Assembly (NCBI RefSeq): GCF_009914755.1
Contig: NC_060939.1
Source: the human T2T-CHM13v2.0 reference genome, Homo sapiens
Length of the DNA stretch: 64,000 nucleotides
Reading direction: 5' to 3' (one strand)
In this document: one piece after another, positions 57,470 to 64,000 of the stretch
How the letters are laid out: each line of letters begins with the position of its first letter
Position numbering within the stretch: the stretch's first letter is position 1
Position numbers and translations under genes: made by a program
The notes under the pieces: generated by a model
What the model was told of the DNA's origin: nothing
Seen by the model: only the letters and a program-made list of their open reading frames with translations
Databases searched by the model: none

Positions 57470-57878
57470 TGATATGGTTTGGATCTGTGTGTCTGCCCAA
57501 ATCTCAGCTCAAATTATAAACCCTAATGTTGGAGGTGGAGCCTGGTGGGAGGTGACTGGATCATGGCAGTGGATTTCTCCCTTTGGTGCTGTTCTTGTGA
57601 TGGAGTTCTCACGAGATCTGGTTGTTTAAAGGTGTGTGGCACCTCCCCCTCTCTCTCTTGCTCTTGTTTCAGCTATGTAAGACGAGCCTGCTTCCCCTTT
57701 GCCTTCCGTCATGACTGTAAGTTTTCCTGAGGCCTTCCCAGAAGCTGAGCAGCTGCCAGCATCATGCTTCCTATACAGCCTGTGGAACCATGAACGAATT
57801 AAACTTCTAACCTCTTTTCTTTATCAATTACCCAGTCTCAGGTACTTCTTTACAGCATTGTGAGAATGGACTAATACA
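57470..57878 (+). mobile_element. MST (MSTB-like) solo LTR
   Basis: tgatatggtttggatctgtgt...gaatggactaataca. Confidence 0.9.
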
Positions 57879-58165
57879 CACGTCTTATTTATAAAACTTC
57901 TGATTTTGTATCTCTAGTCAAAAGTGAGACAGAAAAAGCTTTTCCAACCAAATTCAGATTGACTTGAGTCAACCTCTCAAAACTAGAATCGGCTCTTACT
58001 GTCAATTTTTAATTAGACTAAGCCATAAACTACCATCTTTCCTCATATATTCCTCTAAAAACAGAAAACTAGACATTTCCTTTTCTGATAGGGACTTATG
58101 CCAGAGTCATAATTGCTGATTGAAATGGGGAAGGTGGTAGAAAGATTATCTTAATAAATGTTTGG

Positions 58166-58540
<375 letters not shown>

Positions 58541-59399
58541 TTAAAGTATTTGGAACCAGACTGAATGTCAACACTAATTGTCACCATTTATATTAACACA
58601 CTAAGGTAAAATGGTAATTCTGGCACCAAGGAAGATAATAAGTAGTAGCAATAAAGAAAATACTTTTATCAATTAGCAAATTTAGTTATACATAGAAACT
58701 GTCTCCCAAATTAAGAGTCAGAAAAGTGGTTCATGCAAACCTGATCACTTTGAAGAACCAACAAGCTAAATATCCCAATTTGCTTTAGTTTGATTAAAAT
58801 AGCCATTTTCATTCCTTAGGAAAGGGCTCAGTCTTTAAGAAATCATACTTGTCATTCTTATGCAACGTTTTTGTGCCATGATGCTAAGGAATACAACAGT
58901 TCTAGAGCTAGAACCAGAAGTATGTCAGCTTGTGGGAAATCTAACTGGATTCAGACCAAGAGGCAGACAGGCTCAGAAGTGATCTGTTAGTTGCAGATGG
59001 AACTCCTGCCTCTTGCTATCTCCTCTGAGCAGCAGAGGAAGGGCTGGGCCAATTTTCAAATTTTATTTATGAGACAGTGTTAGTTAGACTCTTTTTATTA
59101 CATAGAATGGAGATGCAGTCAACGAGTTAAGAAAAATAAAGCAAATTATAGGGATAAATAAGAGCCAGCTCTTGAAGGTCTTCAGGATTCGAGACAAGTC
59201 TATAGACCATGCAGTCTTTGCTTTCACTCTTGGTTGATGGAATCTACCTCTCCCCAGGTCTTGCTTTACTAGGCATCCTTATTTCATCTGCTTGTTTCCT
59301 TGTTTGTACATTGGGAGAGTAGTTTCTACTGCACAGGGGTGTCATAAGGATTAGTGAATTAATTAGTGTAAAGCACTTAGAGCAAGGCTGAATTTCTTT

Positions 59400-61685
<2,286 letters not shown>

Positions 61686-61789
61686 AGTGATTGGTACAGG
61701 GTCAATGCTCTATAAGTACTAGCAATAATTTTTATCTTTCTCTCATCTGACTGGGGGCAATTCATGGGGAAATTTATTTCCTTTTAAAA

Positions 61790-63535
61790 CCCACTTTATT
61801 GAGGTATGATTGACATACAAAAAGTTGTGCATATTTAATATATACAACTTGATAAATTTAGAGATGATAAATATACACTGTGAAATCATCACTGCAATCT
61901 ATGCCATAAACATATCCATTATCTCCAAAAGTTTCCTCCCACCCTCTTTATTCATTGTTATGATGATCCTCATTGTATGTGTATGTGTGTTTGTGTGTGA
62001 CAACAATACTTAGCATAAGATCTACTCTCTTAGTGAATTTTTAAGTGTACAACACAGGATTGTTGTTTATGGTTACAATGCACGCAGTAGAACTATAGGA
62101 CTTATTTCATCTTGCATAATTGAAACCTTGTACTCTTTGACTTATACCTTCCTATATCCCCTGCCCCCACAGCCGCTGGTAACCACCATTCAGTTCTCTG
62201 CTTCTATGATTCTCTGCTTCTATGAGTCTATTTTAGATTCCTCATAAAAATGGTTTTGTGTAGCATTTGTCCTTCTCTGTCTGGATTATTTTAATTAACA
62301 TAATGTCCTCTAGGTACCCATGTTGTTGCAAACAGCAGAATTTCTTCATTTTTATAAGGCTGAATAATATTCCACTGTGGCCAGACGTGGTGGCTCAAGC
62401 CTGTAATCCCAGCACTTTGGGAGGCCGAGGAGGGCTGATCATCTGAGGTCAGGAGTTCGAGACCAGCCTGGCCAACACAGTGAAACCCCGTCTCTACTGA
62501 AAATACAAAAATTAGCTGGGTGTGGTGGTGCATGCCTGTAATCGCAGCTACTTGGGAGGCTGAAGCAAGAGAATCACTTGAACCCAGGAGGCGGAGGTTG
62601 CAGTGAGCTGAGATTGCACTACTGTACTCCAGCCTGGGTGACAGAGCGAGACTCCATCTCAAAAACAAAACAAAACAAAACAAAAACAAAAATTCCATTG
62701 TATGTTTATACCACATTTTCTTTATCCATTCATGTTGATTGACATTTAGGTTACTTCCAAGTCTTGGCTATTGTGAATAATGCTGAAGTGAACATAGGAG
62801 TGCAAGTATCTCTTCTAGATCTTGATTTTAATTCCTTTGGATATACAACCAGAAGTAGGATTGCAGGATCATATGGTAGTTCAATTTTTAATTTTTTGAG
62901 GAACCTCCATACTGTTTTTCATAGAGGCTGCACCAATTTATGTTCCTACCAACAGTGTACAAAGGTTTCTATTTCTCCACTTCCTCACCAGCATTTGTTA
63001 TCTTTTATTTCTTTTGTTTTTGTTTTTATAATAGCTATCCTAACTAGGGTGAGATGATACCTCATTGTGGTTTTGTATTTTCTTGATGATTAGTGATTTT
63101 GAGCACCTTTCTCTATACCTATTAGCCACTGGTATGTCTTCTTTGGAGAAATTTCTATTCAGTTCCTTTGTCCATTTTTTAGTCACGTTTTTTATTTTTT
63201 ATTGTTTTTACTATTGAGTGGTAGGAGTTCCTTATCTATACTGTATATTAACCCTTTATCATATATATGGTTTGTAAATATTTTCTCCAATTCTTTTGGT
63301 TGCCTTTTTAGTTTGTTCATTGTTTTTAGTTTGATGCAATTCTATTGTCTGTTTTGGCTTTTGTTGTCTGTGCTTTTGGTATCATTTCCAAGAAATCATT
63401 GCCAAAGCCAATATCATGGAGTTTTTCCCTGTGTTTTCTTCTAGGAGTTGTATGGTTTTAGGTCTAATGCTTAAGTCCTTAATGAATTTTGAATTATTTT
63501 TTCTGTAGAGTGTAAGATAAGGATCAAATTTCATT
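61790..63535 (-). mobile_element. L1MA/MB 3' fragment interrupted by a + strand AluS (62379-62690)
   Basis: ctttattgaggtatgattgacatac 3' end; ORF2-like KFDPYLTLYRKNNSKFIKDL; Alu TSD aa(t/a)attcca(c/t)tgt. Confidence 0.88.
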
Positions 63536-64000
63536 CTTTTTAATTTTTTAATTTTTAATTTTTGTAGGTACATAGTAAATATGTATATTTATGGGGTATA
63601 TGAGATGTTTTGATACAGGCATGCAATGTGAAATAAGCACATCATGGAGATTGGGGTACGCAGTTATCCTTTATGTTACAAAGAATTTATCCTCCCCTCA
63701 AGCATTTACCCTTTATGTTACAAAGAATCCAATTACATCCTTCAAGTTATTTTAAAATGTGCAATTAAGTTATTATTGGCTATAGTCACCCTATTGTGCT
63801 GTGAAATGGTAGGTCTTATTCATTCTTTCTATTTTTTTTTTTGGTACCCATTAACCATCCCCACCTCCCTGCCAGGCCCGCACTACCATTCTTAGCCTCT
63901 TTTAACCATCCTTCTACTCTCTATGTCCATGAGTTCAATTGTTTTGATTTTTAGATCCCACAAATAAGTGAGAACACACGATGTTTGCCTTTCTGTGCCT
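63536..64000 (-). mobile_element. Younger L1MA1/2-type 3' end running off the window
   Basis: taggtacatagta...ttttgatacaggcatgcaatgtgaaataagcacatcatggag. Confidence 0.82.

Overview
Primate genomic DNA, almost certainly human. It is Alu-rich and mostly interspersed repeats (Alu, L1, L2, CR1/L3, MaLR/ERV LTRs, hAT DNA transposons). Nearly all ORFs in the supplied track are repeat-derived or random. The one real gene is on the minus strand at about 32.0-44.1 kb: 11 coding exons that I spliced and translated by hand into a 927-nt frame (308 codons plus stop). It encodes a coiled-coil protein with a C-terminal transmembrane helix, recognisable as TMCO5B (from memory: a testis gene in mouse, a pseudogene in human, between FMN1 and RYR3 on 15q). 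The frame has no frameshifts. The visible anomalies are two in-frame stops, both in coding exon 2, and two GC splice donors (exons 6 and 9). Exon 2 is a symmetric 150-nt exon, so skipping it restores an open 258-aa frame. Separately, the first ATG after the stops is in frame and in a strong Kozak context (264-aa product). The pseudogene may therefore still make protein. I see no supportable novel multi-gene system, RNA gene or CRISPR-like array. Repeat subfamily names come from recalled consensus sequences and repeat boundaries are approximate.
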